The position numbers and the translations under genes are program-made. 64,000 bases of DNA from Bryobacterales bacterium (lineage in GTDB: Bacteria; Acidobacteriota; Terriglobia; Bryobacterales; UBA6623), in contig OY729428.2 in the NCBI GenBank assembly GCA_963422375.2, forward strand, positions 2,752,001 to 2,816,000. The letters run 5' to 3'. Under the pieces are notes generated by a model. The model did not search any database and was not told the DNA's origin. It worked only from the letters and a program-made list of their open reading frames with translations. Positions 21,031 to 31,182 of this stretch are shown piece by piece. Position 1 is the first letter of the stretch. Every line of letters begins with the position of its first letter.

Positions 21031-21882
21031 GTGAGAGAATACAGCTCGGACGGCCGAGGCCCCGAACCGACTGTGATCACGCGACGAGCGTTCTGCGCGA
21101 TAAGCGCGACGGCGGCGGTCAGCGCCGAGACGAGGGCCGAGACGAGGCAGGAGCGGGCGCGACGGCTGGTGCGAGAGGCACTCGATGCCGTCGGCGGGCA
21201 GCAATTCCTCGACATTCAGACGCAGGTTCGCGCCGGGCGGGCGTATTCGTTCTACAACCGCCAGGTCCGGGGCCAGGCCCGGATCACGATTTACGACCGC
21301 TTCGACCCGATGGATCCGGGCGCCGACGGCACCTGGCTGCCGCTGAGGCGCCGCGAGGTCTACACCGAGAAGGGCGACTATTACGCCCTCTTCCTGAACG
21401 GCGACGGATTCGAGGTGACCTACAGGGGCGCCGTGCCGCAGCCCGAGGATTATATGGAGCGATACCGGCTCTCGAGCCGCCGCGACATCTTCTTCTTCAT
21501 GCGCTACCGCATGGACGAGGATGGGCTGTACTACTACTACAAGGGCACGGAGATCATCGACAACGTGCCGACGGACGCCTTGGACATCGTCGATGCGGAA
21601 GGCGAAGCGATCTCTGTGAACTTGCGGCAGTCCGACGGCCTGCCTGTCCAGCAGCGATACCTGCGACGGGATCCCAAGACCCGCATCCCGTTCGAGGAGA
21701 AATCCGTTTTCGGGCGCTACCGCCCGGTCGGCGAGACGCTGCTGCCGTGGATCGTGCGACGGGAGCGCGACGACGAGCGCGTTTTCGAGCTGTACGCCCA
21801 GAGCTACCAGATCGACCAGCCGCTTTCCGACGACCTGTTCCAGCTGCCGAAGGATCTTCCGCTGCTGCCCCCCAATCCGTAG
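21031..21882 (+). CDS. Conserved hypothetical exported protein (LolA-like beta-rich fold possible)
   Basis: Codon usage typical of the real genes; TRRAF Tat-like signal; ALDAVGG motif; start probably GTG near 21073. Confidence 0.6.
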   Translation: MREYSSDGRGPEPTVITRRAFCAISATAAVSAETRAETRQERARRLVREALDAVGGQQFLDIQTQVRAGRAYSFYNRQVRGQARITIYDRFDPMDPGADGTWLPLRRREVYTEKGDYYALFLNGDGFEVTYRGAVPQPEDYMERYRLSSRRDIFFFMRYRMDEDGLYYYYKGTEIIDNVPTDALDIVDAEGEAISVNLRQSDGLPVQQRYLRRDPKTRIPFEEKSVFGRYRPVGETLLPWIVRRERDDERVFELYAQSYQIDQPLSDDLFQLPKDLPLLPPNP

Positions 21883-21972
21883 CGCGCTGCCGTCCCCGAT
21901 CCACCTCGCGGACCGTCGCCGGCCCTCGGACCGCGGCCCCTCGCGCACGCGCCGACGACTGGGAAGAACAGG

Positions 21973-22578
21973 CTAGCCGCCCCGATTCAGCCAGCGGGTG
22001 CTGAGCCGGCTCGTGACAACGAACAGGATGACGAAGGCGATGCAAGCGAGGAGCGCGAGATGGAGGTTGGCGGCAGCCAGATCCAGCGCCCCCTCGCCGA
22101 ATCGGGCGCCAAGATACACGACACCGAAGTAGCGGATGACGCGAGAGAATGCGATCGCCGCGCAAAACGAGGCCAAGGGCATTTGGAAGATGCCGGCCGC
22201 CAGGACCACCGGCTTCATGGGAAGGGGCAGCGGCACCATGGCGACCGGGATCAGCAGACCCGCACCCCAGCGCCCCACCAGCCGGCTCAGGTGCTCGATG
22301 CCCTCGGGAGACAGCCGCTTGCGCAGCATCGCTTGTCCCGTTCTTCTCGCCAGCACATAGAGCGTCGCGCTGCCGATCACGGATCCCGCGACAGCCAGCC
22401 CGGCAGCGAGGTAGGCGACGTCCGGGCGCGTGAGCGCCTGAGCCAGCAGCAGGGCATCGACGCCCTGCGGCATCGGGACCATCGCGCTGTCGGCTAGGGC
22501 GATGAGGAACACGCCCGTCGGCCCGAGAAACGCGGCCGCGCCCGCGACCCACTCCGCTAGCTGCCGAATCCAGGACAA
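21973..22578 (-). CDS. DedA/YqaA (VTT domain) membrane protein
   Basis: ALADS..PMP..DALL, GSVIGS..LY and PLPMKPVVLAAG..FSRVIRY motifs. Confidence 0.85.
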   Translation of the reverse strand: MSWIRQLAEWVAGAAAFLGPTGVFLIALADSAMVPMPQGVDALLLAQALTRPDVAYLAAGLAVAGSVIGSATLYVLARRTGQAMLRKRLSPEGIEHLSRLVGRWGAGLLIPVAMVPLPLPMKPVVLAAGIFQMPLASFCAAIAFSRVIRYFGVVYLGARFGEGALDLAAANLHLALLACIAFVILFVVTSRLSTRWLNRGG

Positions 22579-23064
22579 GAGCGCCGCGCAACCCTATTGT
22601 GGCGCAGGGAGGGGCCGACGCGCCCGCGCTGGCCTCGCCGCTCTCGCACGGCCAACGAAATACTGCGCGTCCCTATCCTCGCCACCGGACCGCCACCCCT
22701 GCGGGCAGCCAAGGCTGGAGCCAGCCAACCCGTCCCGAGGCAGCAGTGGTTCACAGCGCTGCGTGCAGTAGCGGGCGATCTGGGCGAGTCTTGCAGCGCA
22801 CTCCGCCTACGTCGAGCGGGCGTTTCGGCAATCGGCGCATTGGAATCGCTCCCGACTACCGGCGGCACCCCTTGGAATCATCGGTCAAGCCCTTCATCCG
22901 AACATTGAGCGCACACGCTACGCGGCGCTTCGCGGGTAGAGTAAATCTTGGAATAGAAGCCGCAGCGACTCGAACATGGGCAATGCATGCGAATGGGCAC
23001 TCCGCCGGAATCGCCCTAGCGCCTCGCTGTCTCGAATCCGCGGCGAATCGGAAGGTGACCGGTC

Positions 23065-24617
23065 GTGATCGAGGAACGTCCGAGCAAGGTCTGGAGCAGG
23101 TTGCAGGGCAAGAAGCCTCACATGCCGCATTTCTTGAATTCGGCCCGACTCAAAGGGATTCGATGCATCGAGGATCTTCGAATCGGATTCGAATATCCCG
23201 TCACGGTAATTGCCGGGGGTAATGCAACCGGAAAATCGACGGTGATTTTTGTGGTAGCGAGCGCCTACAGGGTTCCGAGTTCAGGCGTCCTAGACTTCGT
23301 TCCGTCCACGCTCTTTCCCGAATACCGACCGAGTGCCGGGAGACGTCAAGATCGGCGACAGGGTGTGGTACTGGAGTTCCAATATCGCACTCCAATTGGC
23401 GACCAATCCATGCAGTGGAAACGCACTTCCACATGGAATCGCAGCTATCTAGGGCGCAAGGGAGCCAGCCAACCGGAACGACCAGTGTACCTCAGGCCAT
23501 TGAATAACACGAGCAATCCGTCGGAAGCTCGCGAAGTGCTTGGCATGAACCGGCTTAAGTCGGCTCCAGAGGAGGCTCCGCTCACACCACTTCAGATCGA
23601 GTTCGCCCAGAACATGCTGCCGTTCCGATATTCCGAGGTCACGCAGCTTTCCGGGGGCAGCAGGAGGATTCTGCTTGCCGCGCAGCAATCCGGTCCCGCA
23701 TACTCCGAGCTGCACATGGCGGCTGGCGAGCGAGCAGTCCTGCGCCTTGCCCAAGCGATCGTGCAGGCCAAGGGCGTCCTGCTTCTGATCGACGAAGTGG
23801 AGGCGGGACTCCATCCGAGAGTCCAGCATCTCCTGATGCTGCATCTGCAGCAATTGGCATTGCGCCACTCGCTCCAAGTCATCGTCACATCCCATAGCCC
23901 GGTAGTCCTTGACTCCGTACCGCGTCACGCGAGGGTCTTTCTGGAGCGTGACGAGGCGGGGCGCGTTACGACGACCAAAGCCTACAGGGACGTTGTCCAA
24001 GACGCGCTGTACGGGCGGTTTCGCAACTTCCTGCACATTCTATGCGAAGACGAAGCCGCCGAGGCAATCCTCCGGGGGGCATGGACGCCATGGTGCCCGG
24101 CACCAAGACATTCAGGGAGTCAATCCGCATTAGTCGAAACACCGGAGCAGGCGAATTCCCGTCCCAAGCGGCCGCACTCCGCAAGTTCGGTCGGATCCGT
24201 GACTTCGTCTTCGTCCTTGACGGCGACAAGGCCAACGACGAGAGGCCTGTGCGGCGAATCCAAGATGCGGCCGGTTTCACGGTTCCAGTGTTCTTCCTTC
24301 CAAGCGGCAAGGCCCCGGAAGACTGGACCTGGACAAGGCTGCGCGACCGTCGGAAAGGAGTCCTTGCGGAGCTAGGATCCGATTCCAAAGATCTATCCCT
24401 GCGGATGGACCGAATCGACTCTCTCTACGCGGTGGCGGCAGGCAAGCCTGGAGAGGTCGCCAAGTCGAAACTCCGAACGCTCGCCGAGGAGTTCCAGCGG
24501 ACGGCGCCCGAGATCTGCCGCGCCGTCGCCCGCGACAAGGTACGACGGCCGAGCAGCGAATTCCAGCCCTTCGTCGCGAACATGGCGGATGCACTTCAGA
24601 ACTGGCGGGCCAACTAA
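23065..24617 (+). pseudogene. ABC/AAA-type ATPase with C-terminal TOPRIM-like domain (OLD/Gabija-GajA-like architecture), frameshifted at a G6 run
   Basis: GGNATGKS Walker A, HMAAGE signature, LLLIDEVEAGLHP Walker B, TSHS H-loop, LCEDEAA. The domain continues in ORF 24042..24617 (FVLDGD). The frame break is at GGGGGG 24074-24079. Confidence 0.75.
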
Positions 24618-24816
24618 CGGCCCGTGGGCACGGTCCGTCCGACCGGTTCGGCGACGAGTGGAATCTCCGGCTGCGAATTCACTCTGCGACGGTCGCCGGG
24701 CAGGGTCTCGCGTCCGAGCGGGACTGCAGTCCGTTCCGCCGCTCCCGCTAGAAACGCAGCGACCGTAGCCCCTCGTTACATCCGGGCTATTGCCAACGAA
24801 CCGTCAAGATCATCCT

Positions 24817-27783
24817 CTACGCACCGCCCTCGAGCGTCGAGAGGAATTCCAGCAAGTCGACCAGCTCCTGCGTCGTCATGGCGCTGGCCAAGTCTTCGGG
24901 CATGATCGACAGGCTGCCCTGGCGCCGCTCCAGGATGTCGGACGGCGACAGGCGGAGCTCGTCCGCCGCCTCCGTGCGGACGACCAGCCGGTCCGGCGAG
25001 TCCTCGACCAGGATCCCGGTGACCAGGCCGTGGCTGGCCGTGTCGAGGATCCACGACACGTACTCGGGGGCGATGCCGGCGCTGGGATGCAGGATCGCGT
25101 TCAGCATGCCCTCCTTGCCGTACTTGGACGCGATGGCCGCCAGGCTCGGTCCCACGAGTTCCTCGCCGGCCACCAGAGAATGGCACTTGGCGCAGTTTCC
25201 GCCAGTCTTGCGGTGGTAGGCGGCGCGGCCCCGCTCGGCGCTGCCGACACCTTCGACAATCTCCCGGACGCGCACCAGCGGGCGCTCGTTCCTGCTCTTC
25301 GGGACCGGCAGCAGGCTTGCGGCCCGAGATCGGATCTGGGGGTCCCGCGCTCGGTGAACGATGCTCGCGGCGACGGCGCGCATCTCCGCCGGGAGCTCCC
25401 GCGACTCCTCCATGTCAAGGATCAGCCTCTGGCCGGACGGGCGCCTGCCAAGGGTGCGGAGCGACGCGCTGCGGACTTCGTTGGGAGCGTCCGACAGGAT
25501 GGCCGCCCGGAGCGTGGATTCGAGGTCGTCGGGGTTCGCGGCCGCGAGGCCGTCCACGGCGGCGAGACGCAGGGCCGCAGGCCCCTCGGACAGCTGCCTG
25601 CGCAGCATGTCGGCCGATCCGGGCCCGCGGGTCGCTCCCAGCGCGCGGATAGCCGTCGCCCGCTCGGCCTCGTCGGCCGACTCGTCCGCCGCGAAGCGCT
25701 GGAGCTGGGCCGCCATCGATGGGTCGGCCAGCAGCGAGGCGAGTTCCAGCCCCGCCGGGCGCGTCGCGGGATCGTCAAGCGCCGCTCCCACGGCCGCCAG
25801 CACGCGCGCATGCCGCCGGTGGTCACTCCACTCGCTGAAGAGCTGCTTGCCGAGGAAGTACAGCGCGCGCCGACGCAGCTCCGGCGGGCTGGAGCCGTCC
25901 GAGGCAATCGACGCGACCGCAAGGGCAACCGGTTCTCCAGGCAGCCATCCGAGGGCGTCGAGCGCCTCGACGCGCCGGTCGGCCGGGACCGCGGGGTCCC
26001 CGGCCACGCTCGTCAGATACCGCCGGGAAGCCGGGGCCTGCAGGACCCGATAGAGGTCGGAAGTCTTGGGGTCCCAAGCCGGGCGCTGCGATCGCAGCGC
26101 CCTGAACAGCGCATCTTCCGCTCCCCGGGCGGCAATTCCCAGAGCCGCGAGATACCAGCGGTCGGCGCCGTCGTAGCCGGAGGCCAGCCGCAGCCACGTA
26201 GCGAGCCGCTCGCCCGCGGGCAGTGCCCGCAGCATGACTGCCGCTTCGCGGCGAACCTGCGGGTCCGGATCCTCCGCGAGTTCCGCGACCCGGTCGGCGA
26301 GACCGAGGCCGTGCAGCCGCGCGACGCGGAGCGCCAGGATCCGGAAGCGCGGGTCGTCCGACTCGAACGCCTCGCCCAGCGCGGAGCGGCCTTCCGCGCC
26401 TAGCCCCGCCAGCATCCAGAGCGAGCGTGCCCGAGTCGTCTCCGCGCCGTCCCGCCATGCGCCCAGGAGGATTCGCAGGCGCTCGCCCTCCGTCCGCAGG
26501 GCGAGTTCCTGGTAGCCGCGATAGCGCGTGGCTTGGTTCGGCGACGAGAAAGCCGCGACCAAGCCCTCGTCGCTCTCGAGGTCCAGCGCCGGCGCGACGA
26601 AGCGATGGCTGATCGGCGCCAGCCGGAATATCCTGCCGCGCTCGATGTCGCGCATGTCGTGCCCGCCGACCACCGGATCCTGCCAGTCGGCGACGAATAC
26701 CGATCCGTCCGGAGCCACGGCGATGTCGCTCGGGCGAAAGACCGGATCGGTGCTGACCACGGTGTTCTCCGCGTCCAGCGAGTATCCCGCTCCGTCCGGG
26801 CGGACGCGGAACGTCTGGACGAGACGCTTGCCCGGCTCGGCATGGAGGAGCTGGTTGCGGTACTTCGGCGGCAGCAGGCTCCCCTCGTAAACGACGAGGC
26901 CGGTCGGGGAGCCCGGACCGGTGCGGGCCACGTAGGGGACCGTGCCGGGCCTCTCCTCGTGGAAGTGCGTGCCTTTGTCCTCCCGCCACCTGCGGCCGCC
27001 CGGGCCCCAGTAGCCGAAGTCGGCGCCCTCCATCACGTAGAGCAGGCGCGTCCACTGGTTGCCGTCGTCGTCGTTGTCCGTCTGCCAGATCGAGCCGAAG
27101 GAGTCGAGCGCGATCTCGTACGGATTCCGCGCGTTGTGGGCGAGCACGCGGAAGTCCGTGCCGTCCGGGTTCATCGATTGCACCGTCGCCGCGTAGTAGG
27201 GGCCGTCCCTGCCGCTGCGAAAGGACCTGCCGGACCGGTCGGTCGTGTCGAATCCCTGATCGCCCGAATTGAAGTAGTACCGGCCGTCGTGCCCGAAGAG
27301 GACGACATGGAGCCCGTGGTCGTGGTCGATGCCGCGCCACCCTGTAAGCAGCGTCTCTTTCGAGACGATCCGGTCGTCCTCGTCCTTCGTGTACACGATC
27401 AAGTCCGGCGACTGGGACACCACGACCTTGCTCCCCAGCACGGAAATGCCGAGGGGCGCCAGCATACCGGGATGCTGGTCGAATACCTTGCGCGAATCCG
27501 CCCGGCCGTCGCCGTCGGTGTCCGCGAGGATCACGATGCGGTCGCCCGACTCGTCGTTCCAGGGCTTGCGCCTCAGGTCGCTGCGATAGTTGACGGACTC
27601 GACGAACCAGACGCGACCGCGCTCGTCGATGTCGAAATTGGTCGGGTTCACCAGCAGCGGCTCGCTGGCCCAGACCGTCATCTCGAGACCCGGCGCGACC
27701 TCGAATTGCTCGCCGGCCTGCGGAGGCGATACGCTGCAACCGGTCGCGAGCGCGGCCGCGGCGACCGCTAGGAAGGACCTCAT
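24817..27783 (-). CDS. PVC-type membrane-bound dehydrogenase-like lipoprotein with HEAT repeats and CxxCH heme c domain
   Basis: Lipobox LATGC; EPLLVNPT..DERGRVW, DTDGDGRAD, RNPYE..DNDDDG, FRPSD..PDG..FVADW; C-terminal CAKCH..GPSL..SIMPE. Confidence 0.88.
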   Translation of the reverse strand: MRSFLAVAAAALATGCSVSPPQAGEQFEVAPGLEMTVWASEPLLVNPTNFDIDERGRVWFVESVNYRSDLRRKPWNDESGDRIVILADTDGDGRADSRKVFDQHPGMLAPLGISVLGSKVVVSQSPDLIVYTKDEDDRIVSKETLLTGWRGIDHDHGLHVVLFGHDGRYYFNSGDQGFDTTDRSGRSFRSGRDGPYYAATVQSMNPDGTDFRVLAHNARNPYEIALDSFGSIWQTDNDDDGNQWTRLLYVMEGADFGYWGPGGRRWREDKGTHFHEERPGTVPYVARTGPGSPTGLVVYEGSLLPPKYRNQLLHAEPGKRLVQTFRVRPDGAGYSLDAENTVVSTDPVFRPSDIAVAPDGSVFVADWQDPVVGGHDMRDIERGRIFRLAPISHRFVAPALDLESDEGLVAAFSSPNQATRYRGYQELALRTEGERLRILLGAWRDGAETTRARSLWMLAGLGAEGRSALGEAFESDDPRFRILALRVARLHGLGLADRVAELAEDPDPQVRREAAVMLRALPAGERLATWLRLASGYDGADRWYLAALGIAARGAEDALFRALRSQRPAWDPKTSDLYRVLQAPASRRYLTSVAGDPAVPADRRVEALDALGWLPGEPVALAVASIASDGSSPPELRRRALYFLGKQLFSEWSDHRRHARVLAAVGAALDDPATRPAGLELASLLADPSMAAQLQRFAADESADEAERATAIRALGATRGPGSADMLRRQLSEGPAALRLAAVDGLAAANPDDLESTLRAAILSDAPNEVRSASLRTLGRRPSGQRLILDMEESRELPAEMRAVAASIVHRARDPQIRSRAASLLPVPKSRNERPLVRVREIVEGVGSAERGRAAYHRKTGGNCAKCHSLVAGEELVGPSLAAIASKYGKEGMLNAILHPSAGIAPEYVSWILDTASHGLVTGILVEDSPDRLVVRTEAADELRLSPSDILERRQGSLSIMPEDLASAMTTQELVDLLEFLSTLEGGA

Positions 27784-27941
27784 CGCCTCGATTCTACCGA
27801 GGATGCCCGAGCGGGCGCTCGGCGTGGGCGCGGTCCGGAAGAACGAACTGCCCGCGCCGCGAGATGGGCCCTATTTCGCCGCGCAGGGACCTGCATTCCG
27901 GGTGCCGGAGCTTGGCTCGCCTCTATATAATGTCAAGCGGA

Positions 27942-30900
27942 ATGCATGGTCGTCTTTATCCGATCCCAGCCCTAACGTTCGCCTGCGCCCTCCTGGTCGG
28001 CGCCCCGCTCCCTGCCGCAGTCAACTTCCAGTCGGACGTGCGCCCGCTGCTCGCGGACAAATGCTTCCAGTGCCACGGTCCCGACGCCGCGACGCGCATC
28101 GCGGATCTGCGCCTAGACCGCAAGGAAGGCCTGCTGGGGCATCGGCCGGCCGGCGCCCCGGTGGTGCCCGGTGATCCCGACTCCAGCCTGCTCTACCAGC
28201 GCATCGTCCACGAGGACGACGCCCTGCGCATGCCGCCGGAGTACTCGCACAAGTCGCTCGACAGCCGGGATATCGACACGCTGCGCGCCTGGATCAAGGA
28301 GGGCGCCGAATGGAGCGGCCACTGGGCATTCGAGATCCCCAAGCGGCCCGAGCTGCCAGCCGCGCAGGAGGAGGGCTGGGCGCGCAACCCGATCGACCGG
28401 TTCGTGCTGGCAAGACTGGAGCGCGAGGGCTTGCGGCCCGCGCCCGAGGCGGACCGGCGGACTCTCGCGCGGCGGGCGGCGCTTGACGTAACGGGCCTGC
28501 CGCCCGCTCCCGCAATCGTGGAGAGATTCATCGCCGACGAGCAGCCGGGGGCCTACCAGCGCTATCTCGACGAGCTGTTCGGCATGAAGTCGTACGGGGA
28601 GAACCGTGCCCGGTATTGGCTGGACGCCGCACGCTACGCCGACACGCACGGCATCCACATCGACAACTACCGCGAGATGTGGCCCTACCGCGACTGGGTC
28701 ATCGACGCCTTCAACCGCAACCTGCCGTTCGACCGGTTCACCGTGGAGCAGGTCGCGGGCGACCTCCTGCCCGAGCCCACCATGGACCAGCTGATCGCCT
28801 CGGGATTCCATCGCTGCAACGCCACCACCAACGAGGGCGGCGTCATTCCCGAAGAGTACGAGGTGATCTACGCCAAGGACCGGGCCGACACCACGGGCAC
28901 GGTCTTTCTAGGACTGACGGTCGGCTGCGCGACCTGCCACGACCACAAGTTCGACCCGATCACGCAGCGCGACTTCTACGCCATGACGGCGTTCTTCCGA
29001 AACACCACCCAGTACGTCATGGACGGCAACATCTCGGACACCCCGCCGTTCATCATCGTGCCCCGCGCCGAGGACCGCGAGGCGTACGACGAGACCCGGA
29101 ATTCCTTGCGGGAGGCACGGGCGGCGCTCGCGGAGGAGGCGGCGGCTCCGGGCGCGGAGTTCGAGAAATGGCTGGCCGACGGCACCTATCGCGAGCTTTC
29201 TAGCCCGTTGGAGTCGGAGAGCGCGCCGCTACGCGTGAGCGCCACCCACCTAGTGCAAGGAGGCGTCGCGCAGGATCTGGCGCTGCCGGAGGGGGTCGCC
29301 GTGTCCGAGGGTCCCGCGGCCAACGTCAAGGCGCTGGAATTCGGCGAGAGCGCCTTCCTAGAGGTGCCTTCATCCGGAATCGACCGGGACAAGCCGTTTT
29401 CGCTGGCGTTCTGGGTGCTCCATCCGAAGGACGCCGGCAGCTACGTGGTCGCCAGCCAGACCGATCCCGCGAACAAGATGCGCGGCTGGGCCGTGACGCT
29501 CGGAGGCCGGCAGATCGTCTTCAAGATGACCGCCGCCAAGGAGGACGAGGCGTCCAGCATCGAGATCCGGCCCAACAACCAGTACCAGCTGGAGCCGGGC
29601 TCCTGGCGGCACGTCACGATCACCTACGACGGTTCGGGCGAGCGAGCCGGCCTGAGCTTCTACTTCAACGGCGAGCGCATGCCGTTCCAGGGAAGCGAGT
29701 ACTTCGCCAAGCTCGAGGGCCCGGCGGGGTCGGACCGCCCCATCCTGCTCGGTCGCGGCTTCTACAAGGACGACGAAGAAGTCAAGCACCGCGGCTTCGG
29801 GGGCGGCGGACTCGCCGACGTGCGGATCTTCGACCGGGAGCTCAGCCTCGAGGAAGCGACCGTGATCGCCAACTGGCCGGCGATCGAGGCCGCGCTGTCC
29901 AAGCCGCCCGCCGAGCTGTCCGACGAGGAGAAGCGCGTCCTAGCGCTGCACTACCTCAACGTGCATGACGAGACCTACCGCTCCAACTTCCTCGCCGCGA
30001 AGCGGGCGGAGCGCGAGATCCGCGAGGTCCGCCGCCGGGGCGCGGTGACGCACGTCATGCAAGAGCGCGAGGGCAGCGCGGCCGAGGCGCACATCCTGTT
30101 CCGCGGCATGTACGACCAGCGGCGGGAGAGCGTCCCCGCCGCCACGCCCGGGTTCCTGCCCTCGGTACCGGCGTCCGGTTCGATGAACCGCATGGATCTG
30201 GCGCGGTGGCTGGTGGACGAGTCCAACCCCCTGACGGCCCGGGTGGCAGTCAACCGCTTCTGGCAGCAGATTTTCGGAACCGGATTGGTCCGAACCAGCG
30301 ACGACTTCGGGGCGCAGGGCGAGCCGCCCTCGCATCCGGCGCTGCTGGACTGGGTGGCGGTGGAGTTCCGTGAATCGGGCTGGGACATCAAGGCCCTGCT
30401 GCGCACTATGCTCTCGTCCGCCACCTACCGGCAGTCATCCGAGGCCGGGGCGGCCAAGCTGGAGCGGGATCCCGAGAACCGGCTGCTGTCGCGCGGCCCG
30501 CGCTTCCGCATGGACGCCGAGATGCTGCGCGACTTCGGGCTCGCGGCCAGCGGCATCCTGGTCGAGAAGATCGGCGGCCCTAGCGTGAAGCCGTACCAGC
30601 CCGACGGCGTCTGGGAAGCGGTGGCCATGCTGGACAGCAACACGCGTTTCTACAAGCGGGACCACGGCGACAGGCTCTACCGCCGCAGCCTGTACACCTT
30701 CTGGAAGCGCGCCGCGCCGCCCGCCTCGATGCAGATCTTCAACGCGCCCACGCGGGAGCACGCCACGGTGCGGCGCGAGCGCACCAACACGCCGCTGCAG
30801 GCCTTGGTGACGATGAACGACACCCAGTTCGTCGAGGCCGCCCGCTTCCTCGCCCAGAAGGCCCTGCGCGAAGCGGAACCGGAGTTCGCCGACCGCCTCG

Positions 30901-31133
30901 GGTTCATCACCGCGCGGCTGCTCTCCCGCCGGTTCGGGGAGAGCGAGCTCCGGGTGGCCCGGGAGAGCTTCGACGGCTTCCTAGGCCACTACCAAGAGGA
31001 CGGCGAGGACGCCGACCGGTTGCTGACCACCGGGGAGTGGCCGGTCGACGAGACGCTGCCCGGCCCGGAACTGGCGGCATGGACGATGATGGCCAACCAG
31101 CTGATGAACCTGGACGAGGCCCTGAACAAGTGA
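27942..31133 (+). CDS. Planctomycete cytochrome c / DUF1549 / LamG-like / DUF1553 protein
   Basis: CFQCHGPD, HWAF, NPIDRF, WLDAARYADT, CATCHDHKFDPI, NPLTARVAVNRFW and RERTNTPLQAL. Confidence 0.9.
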   Translation: MHGRLYPIPALTFACALLVGAPLPAAVNFQSDVRPLLADKCFQCHGPDAATRIADLRLDRKEGLLGHRPAGAPVVPGDPDSSLLYQRIVHEDDALRMPPEYSHKSLDSRDIDTLRAWIKEGAEWSGHWAFEIPKRPELPAAQEEGWARNPIDRFVLARLEREGLRPAPEADRRTLARRAALDVTGLPPAPAIVERFIADEQPGAYQRYLDELFGMKSYGENRARYWLDAARYADTHGIHIDNYREMWPYRDWVIDAFNRNLPFDRFTVEQVAGDLLPEPTMDQLIASGFHRCNATTNEGGVIPEEYEVIYAKDRADTTGTVFLGLTVGCATCHDHKFDPITQRDFYAMTAFFRNTTQYVMDGNISDTPPFIIVPRAEDREAYDETRNSLREARAALAEEAAAPGAEFEKWLADGTYRELSSPLESESAPLRVSATHLVQGGVAQDLALPEGVAVSEGPAANVKALEFGESAFLEVPSSGIDRDKPFSLAFWVLHPKDAGSYVVASQTDPANKMRGWAVTLGGRQIVFKMTAAKEDEASSIEIRPNNQYQLEPGSWRHVTITYDGSGERAGLSFYFNGERMPFQGSEYFAKLEGPAGSDRPILLGRGFYKDDEEVKHRGFGGGGLADVRIFDRELSLEEATVIANWPAIEAALSKPPAELSDEEKRVLALHYLNVHDETYRSNFLAAKRAEREIREVRRRGAVTHVMQEREGSAAEAHILFRGMYDQRRESVPAATPGFLPSVPASGSMNRMDLARWLVDESNPLTARVAVNRFWQQIFGTGLVRTSDDFGAQGEPPSHPALLDWVAVEFRESGWDIKALLRTMLSSATYRQSSEAGAAKLERDPENRLLSRGPRFRMDAEMLRDFGLAASGILVEKIGGPSVKPYQPDGVWEAVAMLDSNTRFYKRDHGDRLYRRSLYTFWKRAAPPASMQIFNAPTREHATVRRERTNTPLQALVTMNDTQFVEAARFLAQKALREAEPEFADRLGFITARLLSRRFGESELRVARESFDGFLGHYQEDGEDADRLLTTGEWPVDETLPGPELAAWTMMANQLMNLDEALNK

Positions 31134-31182
31134 AGCACGGATCGGACGCGTCCCGGGCGATCCGCACAGGGAGGGACACCCA

